Virus record (IMG/VR): IMGVR_UViG_3300020128_000040
DNA: 64,000 nucleotides
From: a virus
Taxonomy: Duplodnaviria; Heunggongvirae; Uroviricota; Caudoviricetes; Herelleviridae
Strand: one strand, 5' to 3'
The notes under the pieces were generated by a model that was not told the DNA's origin, searched no databases, and saw only the letters and a list, made by a program, of their open reading frames with translations. The translations under genes were made by a program, and so were the position numbers. Each line of letters begins with the position of its first letter. The stretch's first letter is position 1. This document shows, piece after piece, positions 9,873-19,179 of this stretch.

Positions 9873-10787
9873 TCAGCCGCCGAAGCCGATGCCCGGGCCG
9901 GCGGCGTCGCCCCACGGGTTGTCGCCCGCGTCGAACGCGGACTGGCCCTGAGGAGTGGCCTGCGCGGCCTGCTGGCGCTTGAGCTCGGCGAGCTGGCGCT
10001 CCAGGGCCTCCACGTCCGCCGAGGGGGCGGGCGCGGCCTGCTGCTGCACCGGCTGCTGGGCCGGGGCCGCCACAGGCGCGGGGGCGGCGAACGCGCCGGG
10101 GCCGGGGAGGGCGAAGCCCTCGTCGGTCACGACGGTGCCCTGCGGGAGGCCGCCGTCAGCGGCAGGGGCTCCGCCCTCAGGGGCCGCCGAGGGCGCGATG
10201 CGCTGGACCGGCCCGGAGATGACCACGCCGATCGCCGACAGCGCAGCGTTGTCCACGCCGCCGCCGCCGTAGTAGCGGGGCGCCTCGTTGAGGATGACCT
10301 GCTGCAGGCCGAGGCCCTTGTTGGCGTAGTCGCCCTGGGTGAAGGTGGTGAGCACCAGCGTCACGTCGAGCCCGGAGTCGAGGTCCTGGGGGAGCACGAG
10401 CTGGCGGTGGCTGCCGCTGCCGTCCCGCTCGTCGGCCGGGATCGGCTCGAAGACCGGGGGCAGGTTCGGCGACTTGTCGTCGATCGAGAAGCCGCGCTTG
10501 CCGGCGTTGTCGCCCTTCTTCACCTCGTAGATCTTGCTGTTGACGAAGATCTCCTCGGGGGTCGGGTTCTGCGCGTCCACGGGCACGACCGCCGCGTCGA
10601 TCAGCGAGATCGTGGTGTGCGGCTTGGTGGTCGGGTACTTCGAGCCCCGGGCCCGGGCCGCGGCGATCGACTTGACGAGTTCCTCGCCGTCGATGTGGCG
10701 GGTCAGGCGGGAGAACGAGATGCGCCCGCGCAGGAAGATGGTCTGGTTCTCGCGCAGCTGGTCCGCGCGTGGGACGGTGACAGTCAT
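9873..10787 (-). CDS. putative phage-type ssDNA-binding protein (gp2.5/DUF2815-like)
   Basis: Beta-rich N-terminal region ending NKGLGLQQVIL, an Ala/Pro/Gln linker and an acidic-aromatic tail (FDAGDNPWGD). Sits in a replication gene context. Confidence 0.55.
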   Translation of the reverse strand: MTVTVPRADQLRENQTIFLRGRISFSRLTRHIDGEELVKSIAAARARGSKYPTTKPHTTISLIDAAVVPVDAQNPTPEEIFVNSKIYEVKKGDNAGKRGFSIDDKSPNLPPVFEPIPADERDGSGSHRQLVLPQDLDSGLDVTLVLTTFTQGDYANKGLGLQQVILNEAPRYYGGGGVDNAALSAIGVVISGPVQRIAPSAAPEGGAPAADGGLPQGTVVTDEGFALPGPGAFAAPAPVAAPAQQPVQQQAAPAPSADVEALERQLAELKRQQAAQATPQGQSAFDAGDNPWGDAAGPGIGFGG

Positions 10788-10954
10788 CTGTGTCCTTCTT
10801 TCGGTGTGGTTGCTGATCAGTGGTTGCTGGTCAGTGGCGGCGTCCTCGGAGGTTTACCGAGGACCATGAGCTAGTCTATACTGAAACAGACTGCAATACG
10901 AGCAGAATCGACGTGTCAGCACAGACGGGTGCGAGCACAGGGAGGAAGGTCCCC

Positions 10955-11491
10955 ATGAGCGACCAGGAACGGCAGGCGGGAGGCGGCAGCCGCCCACGCC
11001 AGCCCCATTACGGGAGGGCGCCCATGACGGGCGCCATCTTCGCGACGGGGGCCCTCCTGGCCCTCGCCCTCGTAGGAGGCGCGGGGGTGGCACTCACCCT
11101 CGCGGAACCAGGCGCCCAGGCGGCGCCGAAGGCGTCGGCCAGCGCCGACCCCCCGGGCACGCAGGGCCCGGGCCCCACGCAGGAGCCCGGTGAAAACCCG
11201 ACGGACGGGCCCTCCCCGGAGCCGAGCCAGGAGCCAACCCAGCCCCCGGGTCACGATAGTGACCCGAAGGAGGAAGGCCCTGCCAAGCAGGAGGGGGACA
11301 CCATCCACCCGGTGGCCCCCGGCGACACCCTGTCCTCCATCTCGAAGGAGTACGGCGTCAGCGTGGACCAGCTCGTCAAGTACAACGAGATCGACGACCC
11401 CGACCTGATCTACGCCGGGTCGGCCCTGAGGGTGCCGTACCTGCTGATCCCCCAGGTCGACCCTGAGACCGGCGAGATCACCAGCCCCTAG
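10955..11491 (+). CDS. membrane-anchored LysM domain protein
   Basis: One TM helix, a Pro-rich linker and HPVAPGDTLSSISKEYGVSVDQLVKYNEIDDPDLIYAGSALRVP. Confidence 0.92.
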   Translation: MSDQERQAGGGSRPRQPHYGRAPMTGAIFATGALLALALVGGAGVALTLAEPGAQAAPKASASADPPGTQGPGPTQEPGENPTDGPSPEPSQEPTQPPGHDSDPKEEGPAKQEGDTIHPVAPGDTLSSISKEYGVSVDQLVKYNEIDDPDLIYAGSALRVPYLLIPQVDPETGEITSP

Positions 11492-11510
11492 AGGGGTACC
11501 GAGCGCATCC

Positions 11511-11544
11511 AGGCCCCGCCACCCCGTGAGGGAGGGCGGGGCCT
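11511..11544. terminator. hairpin between convergent genes
   Basis: AGGCCCCGCC...GGCGGGGCCT inverted repeat between the LysM and SNF2 stops. Confidence 0.6.
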
Positions 11545-11559
11545 TCTCGCGCCCGCGGG

Positions 11560-13365
11560 TCACAGCGGGCTGATGCCGAGGTCCCCCAGGACGTCCTCGA
11601 CGTCCTGGTAGTAGGCCGAGTCGTCGTGGCGCACGGCCTCCAGGAGGCCGTCCTGGACGCGCTTTTTGCGCTCCAGGGCCCACGGGAGGGTGGCGTCCTT
11701 GGTGCCCTTGGCGACCATCTGCATGACCTGGACGTGCTGCCCCTGGCCGATGCGGATCAGGCGGCCGTTGAGCTGCTGGTAGTGCTCCAGGGAGTCGGGC
11801 AGGGTGTACCACACCAGGGTGTGGCCGCCCGCCTGCAGGTTCAGGCCCGGCCCAGCGCTGCGCGGGTGCAGCAGCATGACCGGGATGGACTTGTCGTTCC
11901 ACGCCTTGACCATGGCGCGGGAGCCGTCGAACTTGACGACGTCGACCCCGTCCCTGGCCAGGGCCGCGGTGATGCGGTCGATCTCCGAGACGAAGCGGTA
12001 GGCCACGAGCACGTTGCTCGAGGCGTTGCCCACCAGGTGGCGGAGCATCTCCTCCTTCTCCTGGTGGATGACCGCGTAGCCGCCAGCGTCGTCGGTGTAC
12101 ATCGTCCCCGAGGCGAACTGCACGAGCTTGCCGTGCAGGATGCCCGCGTTGTCGGCCGTGATGACCAGGCGCGAGGGGTCGTTGGGGTGCGGGGAGGCGA
12201 GCTCCAGCACGCGCTCCTTGACGAACTCTTTGTAGGCGTCCATGACGTCGCGCGGCAGGGTCACGTTGACCGTGTCGATGGAGAACGGCGGCATCGGGAT
12301 CGAGGTGTTCTCCGCGCTCATGACGAACGGGGCGACCAGCTCGTAGATCTGCTTGTCCGCGCCGGGCAGCAGCTCCCACTTCACCGGCCGGCCGTCGACG
12401 TGCATCGTCGGGGTGAAGAAGCGGGCGCGGTACTGGGTGTAGGTGCCCAGGGTCTTGCCCTGGTCGATCAGGTAGATCTGCGCCCACAGGTCGAGCATCG
12501 ACTGCGGCGACGGCGTCCCGGTCAGCTCGACCAGCCGGTCGATCGCCGGGCGGACCCGCTTGAGGGCCTTGAACCGCTCCGAGGAGGGGTTCTTCATGTT
12601 CTGGGACTCGTCGATGATGACCGTCGGGAACGGCCACTGCACGGCGTCGCGGTACTTCTTCCTCCCATTGGCGTAGACGCCGTCCTCGACCCGCACGACG
12701 GGCATGCGGTCCACCAGGCCGGCCTGGCACTCGCGGCAGCCCTTGCCGCCGCAATGGCGGCAGTCGACGGGGCGCACGGCGATGGTGCCGGCGTCCTTCA
12801 GCTCCTTGATGCGGCGCATCACCTCCGCTTTCGTCAAGGGCTTGCCCTTGGGCGGCTGGGGGCCGGCCGCGGCGCGGACGGCCTCGACCAGCTCGGCCTG
12901 CGGCACGGGGCCGGAGGCCACCAGCGGGTCGAGCACGCTCAGGTGGCGGGGCTCCAGGGGCGAGGGCGGCGGGCCGACGGGCACCACGAGGTGCTCGGGG
13001 CGGGAGGGCTGCACCAGCAGCTCCTGGTTGATGAAGTACATGGTGGGCGGGTCGGTGAACACCTCGTCGAAGGCGCGCAGGCGCGCCTCCTTGGACAGCG
13101 GCACGTCGTCGGCGTCCACCAGCAGGCTCTTGGTGCGCAGCGGGAAGCCCCACTTGTCGATCTCGTCGAGCCAGGTCGAGCGGGCGATCGCCAGCGGGGC
13201 GACCACCAGGATGTGCCCGGCCGGGCGCACCTGCGCCAGCGCGGCCAGGGTGGACAGGGTCTTGGCCCCGCCGATGCCCAGGAACACCCCGCAGTGGGGG
13301 CGCGAGACGATGAAGTCGCGCGCCATCTGCTGGTGCGGCATCAGCTCCGGTACCTTGAAGGCCAT
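11560..13365 (-). CDS. phage-type SNF2/SF2 helicase
   Basis: LMPHQ, GIGGAKT, ILVVAPL, VIIDESQ, LTGTP, DLWAQ, GLNLQ and QLNGRLIRIGQ motifs. Confidence 0.9.
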   Translation of the reverse strand: MAFKVPELMPHQQMARDFIVSRPHCGVFLGIGGAKTLSTLAALAQVRPAGHILVVAPLAIARSTWLDEIDKWGFPLRTKSLLVDADDVPLSKEARLRAFDEVFTDPPTMYFINQELLVQPSRPEHLVVPVGPPPSPLEPRHLSVLDPLVASGPVPQAELVEAVRAAAGPQPPKGKPLTKAEVMRRIKELKDAGTIAVRPVDCRHCGGKGCRECQAGLVDRMPVVRVEDGVYANGRKKYRDAVQWPFPTVIIDESQNMKNPSSERFKALKRVRPAIDRLVELTGTPSPQSMLDLWAQIYLIDQGKTLGTYTQYRARFFTPTMHVDGRPVKWELLPGADKQIYELVAPFVMSAENTSIPMPPFSIDTVNVTLPRDVMDAYKEFVKERVLELASPHPNDPSRLVITADNAGILHGKLVQFASGTMYTDDAGGYAVIHQEKEEMLRHLVGNASSNVLVAYRFVSEIDRITAALARDGVDVVKFDGSRAMVKAWNDKSIPVMLLHPRSAGPGLNLQAGGHTLVWYTLPDSLEHYQQLNGRLIRIGQGQHVQVMQMVAKGTKDATLPWALERKKRVQDGLLEAVRHDDSAYYQDVEDVLGDLGISPL

Positions 13366-13700
13366 CAGTCGCCCCCCTCCTGCGCCCCGCGGGCGCGCTC
13401 CATGTCGTCGATGAGGGCGTCGACGAGCTCGTCGACCTGCTCCCTGGTGAAGGCGAGGTGGACCTCGCCGCCGGAGGAGCGGATCTCCTCGTGGCGCACC
13501 AGCTGCAGCTTGCTGGGGCGGCCGTCTCTGGCCTTGGTCTCCACGAACACCGTGCGGCCCAGCACGACGACCCGGTCGGGCACGCCGTTGGTCACGGACG
13601 CGGAGAACTTGTAGCAGCAGCCGCCAGCGGCCTTCACACGGGCCACGAGGTAGTCCTCGACCCTGGCCTCAGCCTTGCCCATGGGGGCCTCCTCGCTCAT
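13365..13700 (-). CDS. VRR-NUC domain nuclease
   Basis: E..VE..L, GVPDR, FVETK and SKLQ motifs. Translationally coupled to the SNF2 gene, a common phage pairing. Confidence 0.9.
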   Translation of the reverse strand: MSEEAPMGKAEARVEDYLVARVKAAGGCCYKFSASVTNGVPDRVVVLGRTVFVETKARDGRPSKLQLVRHEEIRSSGGEVHLAFTREQVDELVDALIDDMERARGAQEGGD

Positions 13701-13748
13701 TTAGGGCGGGCCCCGCGAGGGGGCCGCGCCATCGGCCGGACTCGGGCG

Positions 13749-16700
13749 CTACGCGGCGCCGTTCATCCAGTTCTTCTCATAGGTGTCGGCGAGTAGCTCG
13801 ACGTACACCCCGAGGTCCAGGCAGCCGAGGAGGTCGCGCAGGCGCGCCTCCCCCATGCAGTGCAGGTCCTCGTTCACGACCAGCGCCGACCACGAGGGGT
13901 CGATGCTGTTGATGCGGCGCACCGCGACGTCCTGGTCCACGGGCAGGAGCGTGAAGCCCTCGTCCGAGGCCTGCGAGACACGGCGGGTGAAGCCGTTCGC
14001 CTCCAGGATCTGCATCGCCACCGGGTCGTCGGAGACGGCCTGCAGGCCGTTCTTCTGCCGGTTCAGGCGCGTGGCCGGGTTGATGACCCACGCCCCGGCA
14101 GAGCGCAGCGACACCGCCCCCGGCTTGCCGGGGTGCACGTAGAACACGCGGTTGTGGTGCTGCAGCGGCCGGGCGTTCGTGATGCCCTCGTCGTCCGCCC
14201 CCGCCTGGGGGACGGGGTCAGAGGCGAACGGGATCGTGATCTTGCCGTTCGACGACGCGATCATGTTCTGGAACAGGCGCGCGGCCAGCACGCCGTCCTC
14301 CAGGTCCCGGGCCTCGAGCATCAGCCGCAGGGCCAGCTCGCGGTCCAGTGGCTCCTCCAGGGAGACCGGCCCCTTGCGCCCCTTGGGGGTGTAGCCCCCG
14401 GCGATGTAGCGCAGGTACCGGGCCAGCGCCCAGTCCAGCACCGCGGGGTGCGCCAGCGCCTTGTCGGGGCGGGGCCCCTCGTAGCACGCGAGCGTGCCGC
14501 CTGAGGCGTCGACGATCCTCGCCTCCCACGGCTCCTGGCCGTCGGCCGGCGGGCGCATCTCCAGCCGGTTGTTGGAGTCCTTGGACACGATGACCAGGGG
14601 CTCCGGCTCGATCTCGACGTTGATCAGCGCCTGTTGCTCGGCGAGCACGCGGTTGTTGGTCTCCTCGTCCAGGACGGAGTAGAGGCCGTCGGTGTTCGTG
14701 GAGATGATCCGCCCACCCGCGAGGGTCTGGGCCTGCCCGATGCGCCAGGAGAACAGCTGCCCGATGATCCGCATCGAGATGATCTGGTTGTTGACGCGGA
14801 TCGGCGAGTTGCCGAACGTCGTGTCACCAGCGCCCGAGGCGGAGTTCAGGATCAGCTTGGTCCCGTTGCGGAGCACCTTGAGGCGCTCGACCTCGTCGCG
14901 CGAGAGCGACGGGTCCTTCATCATGACGCCGTACCTGTCCTTGTCGGCCAGGATCTTGGCGTAGCGGTCCTCCCCGAGGTCGGGGTTGTAGAACGCGCTC
15001 ATGTTGCGCAGCATGTTCGGGTAGTACGAGGTGAAGTCCTCGTGGATCGCAGCGCCCGCGGAGGTGTGGGTGTACTTCGCCTTTAGCTTGTTCGACCTGT
15101 CGGGGGACGGCTCAAACAGCTCGGGCCGCTTGGGGCCCGGCTTCCAGCCCACGCCCGGGAACCGCGACTCGACCTCGGCCACGTCGGCCGGGTCGGGGTC
15201 GGGGCCCAGGGCCGTGATGGCCTCCGAGCGCTCCTTGAGCGCTTTGATGGTGCTCTTGGAGGTCAGCACGTCCTTGTAGGGAACGATGGCGGTCGAGCCG
15301 TCGGGCATCGGTACCTCCATCTCCTTGGCCAGGCGGATCGTGAGCGGGTCGGGCGACACGGCCCTCACCGCCTCGATGAACGCCTGCCACTGGTGCCACT
15401 CGGCCGAGTCGGCCTCGTAGGCGGCCACATCCGCCTCAGCGCCGTGGATGCCCCCGGTCGAGAACGTGGCGAAGCACGTGCTTGGGGAGCCGTCGGCGTT
15501 GAAGTAGGGGATGTTGTTCGGCCGCTTGGGCACGTCCTTGAGGACGTGCGGCGGGTGCTCCGCCAGGCTGTAGGTGTCCGCGTACTCCTGCGAGTCGTTG
15601 AAGTTCAGACCCTCGATCGACCTGTAGTACTGGTAGACCTCGTCGAACTGGGCCCGGGCCGAGGGGTCGGCCACGTGCTCGTAGAAGAAGTCGCGGCAGT
15701 CCTCCAGGACGTTGCGGCGCTCCACGCCGCGCTCGGCGGCCACCTGCTCGGAGGGGTAGAGGAACGACACCGCGGGGATGTCGGTCAGCTTCCCGTAGGG
15801 GCTGAGGATCTTGCCCACGAACTTCGCGGACGTCGAGTCCGGCGCCAAGCGGTCGCGGCGCACGGCCTGCGGGCGCACGTCGGGGCGGTGGGTCCCGCGC
15901 ACCGGCTGGTACACGGTCTCCGGGTACTCGTCCAGCAGGCCCTTCTTCAGGTCGAAGCCCGACGCGTAGGTCGGGTGCTGGGCCAGCTGGGCCAGGCCTA
16001 CGACGTCAGAGACGTTGTAGGCCAGCAGCTCGTAGAGGTCCTGCGCCGAGGCGATCCGCGCGTTGTGCGAGCCGAGGCGGTCCGACTCCAGGATCTGGCG
16101 GCCCTGGCCGCCCAGGAGGCGCTTGAGGCCGATGCGGCGCTGCACCTCGTTGAGCATGGCGATGTCGATGTGGCGTCCCGAGTGCAGGAACGCCTGGCGG
16201 ATCTTGTTCGCCGAGGAGTTCCAGCCCTTCGACCCGGCGACGGAGCCGTCGGTCAGGTAGCGGGGCATGTACTCCTTGAAGGCCGGGGAGAACAGCTGGT
16301 CGTTGTGCCGGCGCATGCCGGCGGCGGTCACCGGCCGGAATAACGCGGGGGCGTCCTGGGGGCGGCCGTCATGGACGGCCCTGGCCAGGTCGACGAAGGC
16401 CTCCATGAAGTACACCGCGAGCATCGTGGTGTCGTAGTTGTAGGAGTTGTACCCGGCCAGGTAGGGGTGCTGGCCCAGCGGGTCGTACCCGGGGTCGGTG
16501 TCGCACACCGGGCGCAGCCACGGGCCGTAGCTGGAGGGCGAGCCCGGGTCGTTGACCGAGTCGGCGTCCGACAGGCCGAAGACCTGGGCCAGGCGCTGGT
16601 TACCGCGCCACTCGCGCAGGTCGTAGGCGACCATGTGCCGCGGGGCGCCGGGGCGGTCCTGGTAGGACGGGTTGCGCTCGGCCACCACGTCCGCCAGCAC

Positions 16701-16868
16701 GGCGATGTCCACCTCGATCGAGGGGTCGTCCAGGAGGTAGAAGACCTCCAGCACGTTGGTGCGCGGGTTGTAGGAGCACAGCGTGAAGGCGTTCTGCAGG
16801 CTCTCGATGTCGTAGTAGGTGAACAGCGCGTTGCGGCTGGTCACCGGGGTCTTCCCTGGGCTCGTCAC
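13749..16868 (-). CDS. family B DNA polymerase with 3'-5' exonuclease (NTDG-type)
   Basis: ExoI YDIES, ExoII GYNSYNYD, ExoIII YNVSD; TGGIHG; motif A DFTSYYP; motif B KLILNSASG; motif C STNTDG. GTG start at 16868 has an AGAGGAG RBS and a GTGA overlap with the upstream stop. Confidence 0.88.
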   Translation of the reverse strand: MTSPGKTPVTSRNALFTYYDIESLQNAFTLCSYNPRTNVLEVFYLLDDPSIEVDIAVLADVVAERNPSYQDRPGAPRHMVAYDLREWRGNQRLAQVFGLSDADSVNDPGSPSSYGPWLRPVCDTDPGYDPLGQHPYLAGYNSYNYDTTMLAVYFMEAFVDLARAVHDGRPQDAPALFRPVTAAGMRRHNDQLFSPAFKEYMPRYLTDGSVAGSKGWNSSANKIRQAFLHSGRHIDIAMLNEVQRRIGLKRLLGGQGRQILESDRLGSHNARIASAQDLYELLAYNVSDVVGLAQLAQHPTYASGFDLKKGLLDEYPETVYQPVRGTHRPDVRPQAVRRDRLAPDSTSAKFVGKILSPYGKLTDIPAVSFLYPSEQVAAERGVERRNVLEDCRDFFYEHVADPSARAQFDEVYQYYRSIEGLNFNDSQEYADTYSLAEHPPHVLKDVPKRPNNIPYFNADGSPSTCFATFSTGGIHGAEADVAAYEADSAEWHQWQAFIEAVRAVSPDPLTIRLAKEMEVPMPDGSTAIVPYKDVLTSKSTIKALKERSEAITALGPDPDPADVAEVESRFPGVGWKPGPKRPELFEPSPDRSNKLKAKYTHTSAGAAIHEDFTSYYPNMLRNMSAFYNPDLGEDRYAKILADKDRYGVMMKDPSLSRDEVERLKVLRNGTKLILNSASGAGDTTFGNSPIRVNNQIISMRIIGQLFSWRIGQAQTLAGGRIISTNTDGLYSVLDEETNNRVLAEQQALINVEIEPEPLVIVSKDSNNRLEMRPPADGQEPWEARIVDASGGTLACYEGPRPDKALAHPAVLDWALARYLRYIAGGYTPKGRKGPVSLEEPLDRELALRLMLEARDLEDGVLAARLFQNMIASSNGKITIPFASDPVPQAGADDEGITNARPLQHHNRVFYVHPGKPGAVSLRSAGAWVINPATRLNRQKNGLQAVSDDPVAMQILEANGFTRRVSQASDEGFTLLPVDQDVAVRRINSIDPSWSALVVNEDLHCMGEARLRDLLGCLDLGVYVELLADTYEKNWMNGAA

Positions 16869-17164
16869 GGGGAGCTCCTCTCTTCGGGGGCCCTCGTCCA
16901 GGGGCCGAACAATGCTGTCACGGGCGCCCATGAGGCGCCCCTCGTCTCGCCGGAGGCGTCGGTCCAGGAGCCGTCGGCCCCCAGGACCCAGGGGTCGCCC
17001 TCGCGGTCGAGCCACACCCCCGGCTCGGAGGGGACCCCGCCGTCGGCGACCCGCTGGCGCAGGGACTCGTCCAGCCGGTCGCGGCCGGGGCCGTCGAGGC
17101 CCTCGGGGTAGGCCTCCTCGGGCAGGAGCCTGGCGGCCGCCGGGCCTGTGTCTGTCTGGGCCAT
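16865..17164 (-). CDS. hypothetical protein, coupled to the polymerase
   Basis: AAGGAGG RBS, 99 aa, Trp-rich (WLDREGDPWVLGADGSW), GTGA overlap with the polymerase start. Confidence 0.7.
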   Translation of the reverse strand: MAQTDTGPAAARLLPEEAYPEGLDGPGRDRLDESLRQRVADGGVPSEPGVWLDREGDPWVLGADGSWTDASGETRGASWAPVTALFGPWTRAPEERSSP

Positions 17165-17181
17165 GAGGGCCTCCTTCCTGG

Positions 17182-18876
17182 TCATGCGAACGGGTTCTCC
17201 CACGGCTTGGGCGGCTCGGGCTGCACCAGCGCCGCCACGGCGGCGGCAGGGGCGTGCTGCTGGGGCTGGGGGGCCCCGACGTAGCGCTGCAGCCCCCGGT
17301 ACATGCTCGCCGTCGCCGGCTGGCACAGCTTCGCCGGGTCGTTGCCCGTGTAGGAGGGCGACTGCCACGACTTCAGGTCGTAGGCCATGATGAGCAGCTC
17401 CGGGGCGTCCATCTTCGAGCCGGTCCGCACCTGGGCGGAGCGGTCGGCGCAGTACCACCCCGAGGAGGGGTCGACCACGGACACGAGGTCCTTGATGAAC
17501 ACGTTGCGCCCCACCGGGGAGCCCGAGGGGTTGGACCTGGCGAACCAGGACTTGTACAGGTCGTACAGGAACGCGAAAGGGAGCAGGTCCCACACGAAGT
17601 CCTCGTGGAGCTCCTCCCAGAACGCGCGGATCGGGTCGTTGAACTCCTTGTACTCGGCCAGCACGCGCCCGACGGCGTCGGGCTCGGACAGCGAGTAGTA
17701 GTCCATGTGCAGGACGCGCTTGAGCACGTAGCGCAGGACATCGGGGTGCGAGACGTACTCGTCCTTGATGTAGCGGCGCTCGTGGCCGGTGAAGCACTTC
17801 TCGAACGGCACGAACAGCTGCCGGCGGTAGAAGCTCTCGGAGCGGTCCTTGATCCGCGGGAACTCGTTCAGGCACTGGACCATGAAGCCCCAGAACTGGT
17901 ACGAGATCGGCGTCTTGTACTTGCGGTTGATCATCAGCACGTCGTTCGTGATGATGGCCTTGAGGTTGGCGGCCTTGTCGATGAACAGGCCGACGTCGTT
18001 TTCGTCCACGATGATCGCCGAGGCGCGGGTCAGGGGCTCCAGCATGAAGTCCTTGCCCATGTCCGCCAGCGGCAGCGAGGTGTGGGCCCCGGGGCCGCAC
18101 AGGTTGCGCATCAGCGCGACCAGGGTCCCCTTGCCGTTGTTGCCCCGCTCGGAGTAGAACCACGCCGACTTGTTCCAGCGCACGTGGGGGCGGATCACCG
18201 CGCCCACGATCTGCCAGAGCAGCTCGACGACCTCGGGGTCGTCGGACAGCGTCCCCATCCACTCCTCGACCTCCCAGGTGTCGCCGTCCGGCGTGTCGAA
18301 CACCGGGGAGACGGCGGCAGGGTCGTAGTCGACCGAGCTCTTGGACAGGAAGACGAGGTCCGGGGAGAACGGGAGCAGCTTCTTGGCCGCGTAGTCGAAG
18401 ACCCCGTTGCCCACGGCGATCAGGTCGCGGTCGGCGCAGCGGTGGACCCGGGGCGCCTGCTCGCGCAGCACGGCGAAGACCTCCTTGGCCCCGTTGATCG
18501 TCAGCTCACGGTTGTAGGCGCGGGCGATCGAGCGGATCTCCTCCTCGGCCGTCAGGTAGACGCCCTGGGAGGGGCCGGAGGCCGAGTAGACGGCCAGCAG
18601 GTCGTAGTCGGGGTCGGTGTTCTTGCCCGAGGGCGCGATCTTCACCACCCGGTGCAGGTGCACCAGGACCTGGGCCACCTGGGAGAAGGTGAGGGTCTGC
18701 AGCAGCGTGATGCGGTGCTTCGGGTCCCTGCCGGCGTTCTCGATCACGAACTCGGCGTTCGTCAGATCGAGCAGCTCGTTCTCGACCTGCTTGGCCGGCG
18801 GCGGGGACGAGGGGTCGAGCCCCTCGAGGTAGGAGGTTGTCACCTCCTGCACTATCTGGTTCTGTGGCTTTGCCAT
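17182..18876 (-). CDS. SF3 (D5/P4-type) replicative helicase
   Basis: D5_N-like DLIAVGNGVFD...FSPDLVFLSK; Walker A ERGNNGKGT; Walker B IIVDEND; motif C CLNEFP; FYRRQLFVPF. Confidence 0.88.
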   Translation of the reverse strand: MAKPQNQIVQEVTTSYLEGLDPSSPPPAKQVENELLDLTNAEFVIENAGRDPKHRITLLQTLTFSQVAQVLVHLHRVVKIAPSGKNTDPDYDLLAVYSASGPSQGVYLTAEEEIRSIARAYNRELTINGAKEVFAVLREQAPRVHRCADRDLIAVGNGVFDYAAKKLLPFSPDLVFLSKSSVDYDPAAVSPVFDTPDGDTWEVEEWMGTLSDDPEVVELLWQIVGAVIRPHVRWNKSAWFYSERGNNGKGTLVALMRNLCGPGAHTSLPLADMGKDFMLEPLTRASAIIVDENDVGLFIDKAANLKAIITNDVLMINRKYKTPISYQFWGFMVQCLNEFPRIKDRSESFYRRQLFVPFEKCFTGHERRYIKDEYVSHPDVLRYVLKRVLHMDYYSLSEPDAVGRVLAEYKEFNDPIRAFWEELHEDFVWDLLPFAFLYDLYKSWFARSNPSGSPVGRNVFIKDLVSVVDPSSGWYCADRSAQVRTGSKMDAPELLIMAYDLKSWQSPSYTGNDPAKLCQPATASMYRGLQRYVGAPQPQQHAPAAAVAALVQPEPPKPWENPFA

Positions 18877-19179
18877 TTCATGCCTTTCGGGTGCCCTTGT
18901 GCCGCAGCAGCGGCGGGCGTGTGTCGTGGGAGTGCCCTAGTCCGCTGGCGAAGCAGAAGAATCGTCGCATACGATCCTACCTCATCAGACGACGGGACGG
19001 GGGGCCTGCCCTCTTTCCGGGAGGCGTGGTCGGCCTCGCAGCACCGGGGGAGTACGAGGCATCGCCAGTACGACCCCCGGTGCGCGCTCCGCGCGCATCG
19101 TCCAGGAAGGCCTCCGGCGCGGGAGGGACCAGGGCCTCCTAGCAGCAGGAGGGGCACCGCCCCTCCAGTCGTCAGCACA

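Noticed and set aside
13749-16868. Pipolin or protein-primed polymerase
   Set aside because: I could not identify piPolB/TPR hallmarks, and a separate primase and helicase are present.
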